A stretch of 64,000 nucleotides of DNA, taken from Octopus bimaculoides. Lineage: Eukaryota. The notes under the pieces are model-generated. The model saw nothing but the letters and a program-made list of their open reading frames with translations. It did not search any database and was not told the DNA's origin. The stretch is taken from the NCBI RefSeq assembly GCF_001194135.2, contig NC_068998.1:54682528-54746527 (forward strand), read 5' to 3'. Below, piece after piece: positions 39,001-51,200 of the stretch. Position 1 is the first letter of the stretch. Each line of letters begins with the position of its first letter. The position numbers and the translations under genes were made by a program.

Positions 39001-42000
39001 GCACACTAACCCCCATGTCAGTGCCTTAAAGAAACAAATATCTAAGTCTGAATATTTCTTTTGTGGATCTAAACACACATCCTCAGAATGTCCTGCATTT
39101 GGTCAAACATGTATTAAATGTGTGGAGTGGGGGGAAGAATCATTTTGAGGACAATATATAATTTAAGGAAATGGTTGAGGGAATTGAAGAAATTGAAAAT
39201 GAAGATTCTGCAAGTATTTGTGAAATTGGAATAAAAAATATAGAATGATGATTACGAAACTCAATAATGTTAACATTAAAGTGCCAGCCACATTGACAGC
39301 CAAGCAACTGCAATAGCTGAGAATTCCTGGATGGATTTGAATAAAGCAAAATTAAGAAAATGGGATTTCCAACTAAAACAAATTGATGGATCAGTCTTTG
39401 AGATTCTGGGAGAGTTTGATGCATTAATGGTAATTGGCAAGGAGAATAGAGAGAGATTGTGAGTGTCATTGTTGTAGAATGAAAAAAATAATAATAGCTT
39501 ATTGATCTGAACATGAAGAATGAATGTTGATTGTTCAACATTAATTCTTGAGATTGAAACCCCAAGATGATTTGAGAGATTAAGAGGTTTCATGGCTAAC
39601 ATCCTTCTCAAAGGTAATATGAAACCATGCTATTTTGAGGCAAAAACCATTATCAATACATGTTAAAGTAAGGAAATTAATTAATAAAAGATTTTAAGTT
39701 CTTCCTAGAAAGAATAAACGGATCCCTGATTTAATTAGTGGATAAAGAGATCTCAGAATATGAGGGATCTATAAATTAGGTGTAATGGAAAGAATTTGTT
39801 CAGGATCTTATCCATTCCCTAAATACTGGATTGAGTTTCGTTGTTTTCAAGTGAAGAATTATTTTGCCAAAATGGATTTAAAGGAAGCACATCAACAAAT
39901 TGAAATGTATTTTCAAGTAAGAGATGTTACACACCTATAAATACACCTAAGATTGTTTTTAAGGTGAACATGTTTCCAATATGGAATTAAAACAGGAAGT
40001 GCTACATTTTAGAGGGTCATAGAACATATTGTTGGAACATGGATAATTTCGTCTGTCTTTGTGTTCTGAGTTCAAATTCTACCAAGATTGATCTTTACCT
40101 TTCATTCTTTCAGGGTTGATAAAATAAGTACCAGTTATGTACTGGGGTTGATGTAATTAACTTACCCCTCTTCCCTGAAACTGACGGCCTTGTACCAAAA
40201 TTTGAATCCATTATTTATCAAGATTCTGTACAATCATAAAAAGTTGAAATTCTCAGGCCTGATGATCAAATGAGTTGGATCTGTGTTAGAAATTGGTGAA
40301 TTGTCTTTCCTTGGATAGAGTCTGACAGATGAAGATATATATCACCAGATTATCATTTAGCTGCAAGAATTATAGACATGAAAACTGACAAACGACAAGA
40401 AGCTATTAGAATCTTTTCTTAGACTTGTTAATATCTATGGAAGATTTAATGACCATTATTCAGATCACATATCACCGCTTAGAATCACTTTGTAAAACTG
40501 GTCTCCTGGTTTTTTGAAGAATCCTTCAACAAAACTCAACTAAGCAGATAAAAACTGCTGAAATCGTTATAGCTATTGGTTCAGATTTATAATATCACAA
40601 AAGAAGTTACGTCGAAAGTTGATGCAAATGAAAAAGCTATAACACAAGAAAAACTACCTTGTATTATGTTTGTCAACAACATTAACCACATCTAAAACAA
40701 GATATTCAAATATTGAGAAGAGGAAACCTGGGCAAATGTGTTCTGTATTCAAAGAGAATAGTATTTTCTGCCTGGCTGAAGATTTAAATTGTTCTCAGAT
40801 CATAAGAGTAAGTCTCACAAGAATATATATTTTTAACAAGCATTGTAGTTTATCAAAAGTGCTGTCTGCTTGGAATATGAGATGGGGTTCTCGAATAATA
40901 GGGTTTGGTTGTGAAATATCTTTGTAACAGGATCTCAGATATCATGTATTGATCTATTATCGCAATTGCAGGAATTAATTATGGTGGTGGAGGTGGGTTT
41001 TATCAATCTTTTATAAATTGATGGATTAAAATGTAGAAATATAACATTGAAAACTACCAATATTTTATTTAAAAGGACTTTTAATAATTATTTTTCCGTT
41101 TTAGAAAAGTTGTTTAATTCATTGAAAAAAAAAAATTAACAAAGCACAGGCTTGGCTGTGTGGTTAAGAAGCTTGTTTGGCAACCACATGGTTTCAGGTT
41201 CAGTCCCTCTGTGCAGCACATTGGGTATGTTTTCTACTATAGCCCTGACCAATGCTTTGTGAGTGAATTTGATAGATGCTTCTACTCCGTTTATCTCTAC
41301 TAAATTTTATTCATCAACGTTTGGTTGGTTTAAGGCTTTAGTAGAAGACACTCAGTTGGTCTCATACAACTGGGATTGAACTTGAAAGGATGGAGCTGCA
41401 AAGCGAACCACTTTACCAAGCAGCCATACTTGTAGCCGACATTTATTCTGGAGCAGACAAAGTGCAGTGGGTTGAATTATATGTATCTAATTCAACGGCT
41501 GAAGGAGATTTTGATCTTGTGATACTGTCATCAATTGTCCAGCAATGTTAACAGTATAATCATTTTGAATGTGAAGAGAAACTAGTTTAGACTGCTTTGA
41601 GAAAGCTTTCTCACAAATAATTGACAACAAAGGGTGAATAAATACAGACATAATAAGTATAATCGGTGTCTGAAAATCAACAGCATATTTACTTGAAAGA
41701 CCATTATAGCAAGACTTCAAGAGATCTTGTTTTGTTTTCAATGACAAAGAAAGAAAGAAAAATGTAAAAAGAAATGGAATTCTGGTCGACTTCAATGTGA
41801 AGATTCTTTGGCCAAGTTTAACCAGGAGAGACACTACTTATAATTTGCAGGAAACAACTTGAAGACAAATGGTAAATTATACATTTCAATGGAGAACATC
41901 ATTAAAACTATTTAGTAAACTATGTATAAAAGACATTTTCAATAAGGACACCTGTAATACTAGACACAAACAATTATCTCGCCTACTAACCCCTCCCCCC

Positions 42001-45000
42001 TGCCTCTGATATCAATAATTTAGGGAAGGCTTACATTTCATTTTGATAGATATCCTCTAATAGCTGAAATCTCTCTTTGTTTCTCTTCACCTCAACAATT
42101 TTACCTTTTTATTTCCATTTTACAGAATTCTTTCCTTTTTTTTTTATTGCAGTCTTTTACATTTCTCTGACTCTTCTTGTCTATTTGGCTCTTTTTTTTT
42201 AATTTCTTTTTCTTTTTTTTTTGGCTTAAGCAAATTCTATAGGGCTGGTCATTTTGTGTTGCTGCCCCCTCTGTATTCCCCACAAATGCTGTTGGTCAAG
42301 TGCTTCCTATTTCCCATGAGTAGGAAGCTGTTTTATGCACCACCTGCATCGGTTTCATTGCAGATGCAGTCATGGAAGCCATGTGCACGGAAAGCAATTA
42401 AATGTTTCAGTGAACCAACATCAATCTAGAAGGAATATGTCAATGATCCTTTTGTAAGAATGTAGGAATTCCACAGAGTTTGTTTGTTGTGGTTACAAAA
42501 ATGTTCAACAGCGTGGAATCTAATTTTGCATCAGAGACAATTACCAAAGACTGACCCACTCTCCTAGACACATCAATTAATATAACTAGTGACAACGTGA
42601 TTACTATAATTGCTGTACTAATAATCATGTAGTTATCTAAAAACCATTGTAATATTAGCCGTGGTGGAGCTCGGCTGAAAATATTTATATACACAGAACA
42701 CCTACATAGAGATAATAGTATTTACCTCAACTGTGGGACGTACAAAAAACCCACACAATATTTATTTCACCATCATCATCATTTTACTTCAGTTTTCTTT
42801 GCTGGTATGGGTTGGATAGGTTACTGCAGTGTCTGAGTCGGTTCTTATTTAGAATTACTGCTTTCCCAGATGGGTCAGAGGGGAAACACCTTTATCTTTC
42901 ATCTTTCTCTTGGTTTTTATGCCTCAATGCCCTTCTGGTCACCATCCACTTTATAAAACGTACTGGGTGCATTTTATTGTGGCTATTGACAGTAGAGAGG
43001 ATGCTATATTCTTATTGAAATATATAGAGAAAAACATCGACACACAGGGAAATAGTAATTTATCTCAGCACTTAAATATATTGAAAAACCTACAAAAAGA
43101 GAAGAGTATTTATCTCACTGCTAAAATATAGAGAAAAAAACCCTTTAAGATAATAGTATTTATCTTACCAGTAAAATATACAGAAAACCTGCATATAAAT
43201 ATCTTTACACTGAAATTTTCTTTAGAGGTTGAAAACTTGGAATAATTTCAACATTTATGTATAGAATAAGAGAAAGTATTTATCTAAAAGAAAAAAAAAG
43301 AAAAAAGGAAGTAAAATAAATAATAGAAAATGAATGAGAGATGTGAATATCAAAAGTCTACGTTTGTTAAAGAGTCTTTTTATAGAGAAATAAAATAAAA
43401 TATCAACAAAAAGTCACATGAAGTTTCTGGAGGGAGTTAATTGTTAACTTGGATGATTTTTTTCATGGTGTGAAACAGATGGTGAGAGATAATTCCCCTG
43501 TTGGTAACATTCTCAACTGATGATGGCCATAACAGCTGAACTGGGATAATGTTGAGTAAAATGTCCCACTCACAAATAAAATGAACTTCTTGAGACAGAT
43601 TTGAACTTGTCACCTTTACACATACACTTTGTTAAATTGTCTCTTATTTTTTTTTATTACTTTTTCCTTAAACAGGTTATTTGTTGTGGCCATCGCCGGA
43701 TGAAAACAACATTCGTTCAAAAATGGTTCCCTCCCCACCACACAGTTGGTGAGTGCTTTTTTTTTCTCATGTTTCTGAGTAAAAAATGCCTTAATTGTTT
43801 ATATTATTTGCTTGTTAGAGTGAAACACAATTAACTATATTGGTAGACTTAAATGTTTTATACTTTAACTAAGATGGGAAGGTATGGGCCCTTAAATAAG
43901 GACCAAATGGGGAGAGGTGCAGCATCTACCTTATACATCAAAATCAGCAACTCAGTTTTTGAATCCATAAGGAACAGACACACTACACACACACATACAT
44001 GCACAAACTCTGTTATATATTTANNNNNNNNNNTATATATATAAAGAGAGAGAGAGAGAGAGAGAGCAGCTATATCTTGAAATAAACCATTTTCATTACA
44101 CAAAGCTGTTAGATTCAGTTTCAATTTGAAGTGAATTTAAGAACTTTGGCTGTTGTTGCACATCTCTTGTACAATGTTGTTGCTTCAGTTTCACCACACA
44201 GTCTCACACCAAACCATTTTCTAGACTTGTACAACTCCAAGGTGTGTGAATGCATTTCAAATGGGGTCCTTCTTGACCCTCTGATTGGCCTCTCAGAAGC
44301 TGCGATACATAAACAGGTACCTACCATGAGAATTAGGGTACAGTTTTTATAACAGTTTGAGAGGTACCTTCCATGGATGAAGATAGTGTCAGTATAAATG
44401 TAAGGTGGTATCTTTTTGTGTGTGTGTGTCCATGTCAGTTAACCAGTGTCATGATTATAGAGTGCTCTCTTATGTCTCATCACATAGCAATTAGACAAAT
44501 AGAGATTGATGAGATGATTGCCAAACTGAAATATGTACTGTGATCCATACAATCCACTAAAACTTTCCTAAATGGTGCTCCTGTATGGCCACAGTCACTG
44601 ACCAAAACCAGTGAAGCACTAAAGTAATTACACCCAATAATTAGCTTCATATTGGTAATTGCTGTAAGCTTTATTAATTGTAATTATTATTTTGTTTGTT
44701 TGTTTTTTTTATTGTAAAAGCCTTGAAGAAGACAATCCTTTCCAACAGTTTATTAGAATCGACAAAAGGTAACTTTGAGAAAGAAATAACAGATTTGCCT
44801 TATTGGATCAAAAGTGCTGCCAAGTTATTAAATAATGGAGTGGAAAACCTAGACTGGGTCTGTTTAGCCAATTATTTGGGTAAGAACACAAGAGAAAATT
44901 ATTATTGTTGTTGGATGTGTCTGATACTTGGAGAAAAATTTGATTTCTTCTGCTCTGTAATCGATTGCCTAACTTCAGTTTGCTACATGTTCACTACCAC

Positions 45001-46718
45001 ATGGTTACTTGTGAGTAGATTTGGTAATCAGAAATTGACTGAAGCCTGCCATGTATATATATCGGTGTGTGTGTCCTTGTTTTGGTTTTACATGTTTGTT
45101 GTAAATGAATGTCATTCATTTCCAATCTTCTGCAAAAGCATGTCTGACCATGAATCTAGCATCCCCACCCAGCTCAAAACAATATCTGTTTATCGTGATT
45201 TCTGGGTTATTTCCCATCATCAGCACAGAATAATTGTTCGGCTAGAGGTGGTGCTGCCAAATTCCCATTCGAAATATATAGTTTTCAAAGTGACAACAAG
45301 TCACTGATCTATAAATTAGAAAATTACTATTTTTAAATCTCACAACGAGAGATATTAGCAACAGTACTTTGGAGTAAAGATTGTTTGCCTTGTTTGAAAA
45401 TATAAGGACACAGATCGTGTCGTATAACCAGCTGGAGACGATGTCTCCTGGGGCTAAATTACAGCAACATTCGTCCTAAACCAGGACTGCCATGTTATGT
45501 TGGCAAACAATCTTTACTACAAAGTATTGTTGCTGAATATCTCTTGTTGTGAGATGTACAAATAGTAATTTTCTAACAGTGAATGTCGTTTTTATGGGTT
45601 TAAATATTCCTCAAGCATCTTTGAATTGGTAACGAATTTGTATTTGTACCTGTTACTGATTAGTGCAGTCACCCTGTATTATATAATTAGTATTGTAATT
45701 GAACATTTTATATTAAGTGTAAAAAAAAAAATGCTCTTAAATTCACAGTCTCCTAAATTTGTTGTCAATTCAGGTTATAAGAAACCGAAAATCGATAAAT
45801 TTAATAATGATTTAAATCCATCACTTGCTCTGCTCACTGACTGGATTCTTGGCAGCGGCAACACACAGGTGTCTGTGGATGTATTGCACACTTTCTTGGA
45901 GAAAATGTCCAGGTATGACATCATAGATCTTCTGAAACAAAGCAGAGGTAAGTACAAAAAAAAAAAAGATAAAGAAGATAAAATTTTTAAAATAAGTAAA
46001 TAAAATGTAAATAAATAAAGGTATTGTTTTGATAATGTGATAATATATTTAATTAAATCTTTCAAAGTAGCAGATTAGCAAAATCATGTCAGGACCTTTA
46101 GATTAAATGCATTTATTTGATTAGGCTCTGTGTATACTTTGGAAGCAGCAGTAGTAGTAGTAGTAGTAGTAGTGGTAGTTTACTGTTCTTCTCTTACCCC
46201 TCCCCCCTTCTGATGAGGTCAATTGTCTAAAAAAATTATAATTATATTAACGATTGCTAATTTCTGTCATTTAGATAATTTACAATAGCAAATGTGTTTT
46301 GCTTTTCCAGAACAATCCCACTGCCCACAAGTGTTTATCAGTTACCAGTGGGACAGTCAAGATGCAGTGAAGGCCCTGTGGGACAGGCTGGAAAGAGCCG
46401 GAATCTCTTGTTGGATGGACATTGGCCAGATGGGTGGTGGTGACCAGCTCTATAACAAGATTGAACAAGGAATTCGGAATTGCAAGGTGAGACACATCTA
46501 CTTGGCATTTTGAATTGTGTGTATGTTGCGGGGAGGCCAATATCCATAACGTACCTCTCCTCCAAATTTCAAGACTTCAGCTTTTGTTAGAAACAATTAT
46601 TTGGGGCAGACGACTGGATAATGCTTTGGCAGGATTCCTGGAGCAGCAGATGAAATGCCTTCTGCTATATAAACAGCATTTGTTCATCCTTTCGGGGTCG
46701 ATAAATTATAGTGGAAGG

Positions 46719-46774
<56 letters not shown>

Positions 46775-48251
46775 CATCATTATTACTAACAAATTCCATC
46801 TGACCCATGCAAGTATGGAAAAGTGAACGTTAAAAGCAGACATTAAATGATGATGATGATGATAATGATGTTCCTGGTGGAGTGGAATTGGTAAGTTTTG
46901 AAAGAGATTTACTTAGAAGTGGAGAGTCAAGTGCAAAGCAATCTTTGCATGGAGATGCTTCCAGAACGATCATGTTTGAGAAGTGGGAAAATGGACGATT
47001 CTGTTTTGTTGCTAACGAAGAATCTAACTTTGATTGCTTTGAAATTGAATTCAGTTTAATTCTTTTAAGTTGTAATTAATAATCTTTCGTTATTAATTGA
47101 TAATTTCATAATTGTGCTTAATCTGAAATGTTCTTTGATATCTTCTTTATATTCCGTTTGCTTCCATGGCTCTTTTAATGATGTTCTACTCATATGTGTT
47201 ATGGATGCAAGCACTTAGCTTATGCCACAACCATTTGTGTAATTTATCTTCGTTAATAAATGTGTTCAACTTGACGACTCATTTAATTGTCAAACTCCAT
47301 ATTCCTTGACTTTTTGAGTCTTGTCTTCTTTTTACCTTTTATCTTTTACTTGTTTCAGTCATTGGGCTGTGGCTATGCTGGAGCACCACCTTGAAGGGTT
47401 TCTTTTAAAGCCTGGTACTTATTCTGTTGCTCTCTTTTGTCAAAACTCTAAGTTACAGAACGTAAACAAACCAACACCAGTAGTGGGGGAACAACAACAA
47501 CAAAGAGACATACACAAAACACACATATATATATGAAAGGCTTCTTTCAGTTTCCATGAACCAAATTCACTCTTGAGGCATTGGGTAATCCTGGGCTATA
47601 ATAGAAGACATTTGCCCCAAGTACTACACAGTGGGACTGAACCTAAAACCGCATGGTTACTAAGTAAGCTTTTTAACCACATAATAGATTTCGTTAATAA
47701 TAATTTTACATCCAGTTTTCCTTGCAAGCCATCAGATGCAACTTGTGCATTATGTGAAAATAGTGCACTATGTTGCACTAATGATTATCTCACTTCTTAA
47801 ATAAACTAATATTGACCAATAACTTACATTGTTTCAATGTCCTCTCCGTCGTTGCATAATTATCTAAGAGTGACAATATTCTCTCCTCTGCCTTTCATTC
47901 TTTTAGAATTAATTCCTGGAATCAATTTAATAATCCTATAAAGCATTTCTTACATCTCAACATAATTTTAATTAGAAGACTAACTATTGTTTTTTCAAGC
48001 AGATGGCTTCCCTGAGTAACTTGACAGTACAGTCTGCTATTTTGCTCCCAAGACACTATCTTCGAATTCTGCTCTCAGTGAACTCTTTACAAGATATACC
48101 AATATTTACTGTTTATTTTATTCCATTGGGTTTTTTTTTTTCATAAAGTAAATATATTTGCTTCTTGCAAGTCTCTTTGTTTTTTGTTTTTGTTTTTCTT
48201 TCATTGTTAACCAGTGACCTTTGGTGTCTTGGTGTTGTATAAGTAGCAGAA

Positions 48252-48289
<38 letters not shown>

Positions 48290-51200
48290 CCATGCCAGCA
48301 TGGTAAATGTGTGTGAAATGCTGGTGGTGCACGTGTGTGTGTGTGTACACACATGACCCATACCAGCATGGAAAGCTGACATTAAATGCTGGTTTTATAT
48401 ATATATATATGTATATATATATATTGTAAATAGGTGCATCTCAGAACTGATTTTATATCTATAAAGATAAACTTTGACATTCAGCAGAAAATATCTTTTC
48501 GAGTTTAACTCTCACTTGCTATAAAAAAAACAACAATTCCAGAAAATACACACAAATACAAGAACTTCACCAATTTCTCTGCTAAGCAGTCACAAGAGGT
48601 TACCTTCCTCCAAAACATTTCCAAAAGCACATGCAGATATTTGAAATGAAGACACCCACAATCCAACTGAAGACGAAAGAAAAGTGAAGGTCATGGTTAG
48701 AATAGCTTTAGCCCTAGGTCTGCTCAATCTGGGTAGAGTTGGTGAAAAATGACAATCACAATCCAGTTACTCTTTCAAGAAATTCTGATCTTCCATATTA
48801 TTTACACCTGAAAAATTTTGTGTTTTTCTATTTGCATACTCTAAGGCATTATTAAAATAATAGTCTTAAATATTTGTGTGTGTGTGTGTGTGTGTGACTG
48901 GAATAAAACCAAAAAAGAAAAACCTAAATAGTAAGTTTTCCATGTTCAGAATCTGATTAGTTTAATGCAGCTACTTCTATTGAACAGATTTTAATGGATG
49001 CTCTTCCTCCTCCTCCTCCTCCGTTATCTCATTCATACACTTCTTCGTTCTCTTTCCTTCTCCTGATTACTTTAATCCGTGCTGTTCAACGAAGATTGTA
49101 TAACAATAGCATATTAACCTTCCCCCCCCCCCATTTGTTATTATCACATTGTCTTCTCGTCACAACCTTCTCTCATGGAAAAAGAAATAAAAATTAAAAA
49201 ATTGATTCGTTTCTATTGGAATCGTTTACTGGGTTCTAGCTGAACACAAATCATCGTTCTATTATATTCCCATCCAGCTCATTATATCGACAGCATTGCT
49301 TTCTTGTCTTTGTGTGTGTTGCTTCCTTTTGTAGACCATGTTACGTTACTGAAAAATATCAAACGTCTGAAGCATGCCTCACACAACCTGCCGCCATTTA
49401 CTTCTGATATCATTAGAGACAAGCATCATACGCAAACGCCTTGCCACTTTCCTAGCAAATCTCAGACCCTGTGCCAATGTAACAAATTGATATTTGTGGA
49501 ATTCAATGAGTTTCCTTCATCAAAAGAACTTTCACTATAGTTTCTTCCCTTCTGCTAAAATTCAATAGAAATCTCCAATGTCCGTTGTGTCAGTCTTTAT
49601 ATCACTGTGTCACTTCTTTCATTTCTCATACGGCTCTTCACAATAGTTATTTACTTTGGTACGACACACATTTAAAGACAACCAATACAAACTGTTCAAT
49701 TGTTCTCAAGACATTTCAGTAATTTCTTTATCAAAATCCCTCAACAGTTGAAATACAAAGTCAACAAAAGTGGGATTTCAACCACAAATTGAAGCTAAAT
49801 TTACTCCACTATTCTGTAATGATGATGATGATGATGATGGTTACAGTTTTTACTTCTTCGTTGCTCTCATAATAGAGATATTTCTCTTTTATATATATAA
49901 AAAAATTGTGTTCCCCTCCCCCCTCCTGCAATTGACCCCAAATAGTTTTCCCTTTTGTTTTTTCTGTCTCTGCCAACAATTATTAATTTTACTGTTTATT
50001 TCAGTTTTTCATCATTTTTTTTCTTAAATACCACATTCCTCTTACCTTCTCTGCCACTTCCTCCTCCTTCCCTCTATGCTTTCCTCTCACCCCCCCCCCA
50101 CTATCCCCATGTCACTACACTCCCATCCTTGCTCACCTCTACACACTTCCCATCTTACATTGATACCCTGCACACACCACTTCACCCCTTCCTATCCCCC
50201 TTCATAGAACCATATACCCATCTGGCCCCAAATCCCTTCTTTCTCCAACTCCCTTTTCTCATTTTATTTTATTTTTTCAACCACTTTTCCTCTTTTTATT
50301 TTTATTTTCACTTTTTCTTCTGATGAGGGACTTGTGTCCAAAATATCAAGACTCTTTCCCTTTTTTTTTAAGCATTAAACTAATACATTTGTTAAAACTT
50401 GTCCATCCTGTGTTGTCTTCGATTTTTTGTGCTCACTGCTGCCTTCTGCATTCATACAACCCACCTGCAATTACTGAGACCAAGTTATTTGTTCGTTAAG
50501 AGAGGACATTACTTTTTTAAGGCCAATACTCTCTCTTCCCAGTGATTTGCAGAAGATTTATACAGGACTCACCTCAAATGTCTTTAAAAGACATTATAAA
50601 CAGGTTTGTTTTATGAGTCTATGAACCTCTCTAAGTCGCATGGAGCCAGGTCAAACTGCTATCAAATATATTATGTGTGTGTGTGTTTTAAGTGGCTGTC
50701 ATGACTTTCTTCTCTCATTTCATTTTAGATTATATTGGCCTGCGTTACACCCAAGTATGTCATATCTCATCTCTGCAACCGCGAACTGAGCTTAGCTGAT
50801 GGTCTGCGGAAACCTATCCTCCCTGTGATGTTTGAAAGTATCGTCTGGCCTCCACCGGGTGGCATGGCACTCATCTTTTCCAACCTTGTATATATTGACA
50901 TGAATGGTTAGTTTAATTATCAATTAGTATGGTTTATAATTTGGTGGCGGTGGTGGGGGAGTGAAAAACGAAATGCTGGGCTCAGTCAAAGTCAAGTGAC
51001 CCACTTTAGATGCATCTAAAGTAGAAGCCAATGAAAGAGGATGATGTTTAGCTCTCTCCCTCTATGTCTTAATGCAAATACATTGTGGAAAGGCAAATTA
51101 ATTGCAGCATTTGTTAGGATGTCATATCTTTTACGGACACGCTCTTTATAAAAACAAATCTATATCAGTAGTAGACAAAACATGTCCGGCAGTGGCAGTG

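Noticed and set aside
41487-41834. Minus-strand 115-aa ORF with ICEKAFS, faintly like a hAT dimerisation motif
   Set aside because: Only a short motif resemblance; no TIRs or other transposase motifs found.
44131-44352. 73-aa ORF with donor CAG|GTACC as an extra exon
   Set aside because: The nearby acceptor I checked is phase 2, while exons 15 and 16 already join in phase 1; no motif recognised.
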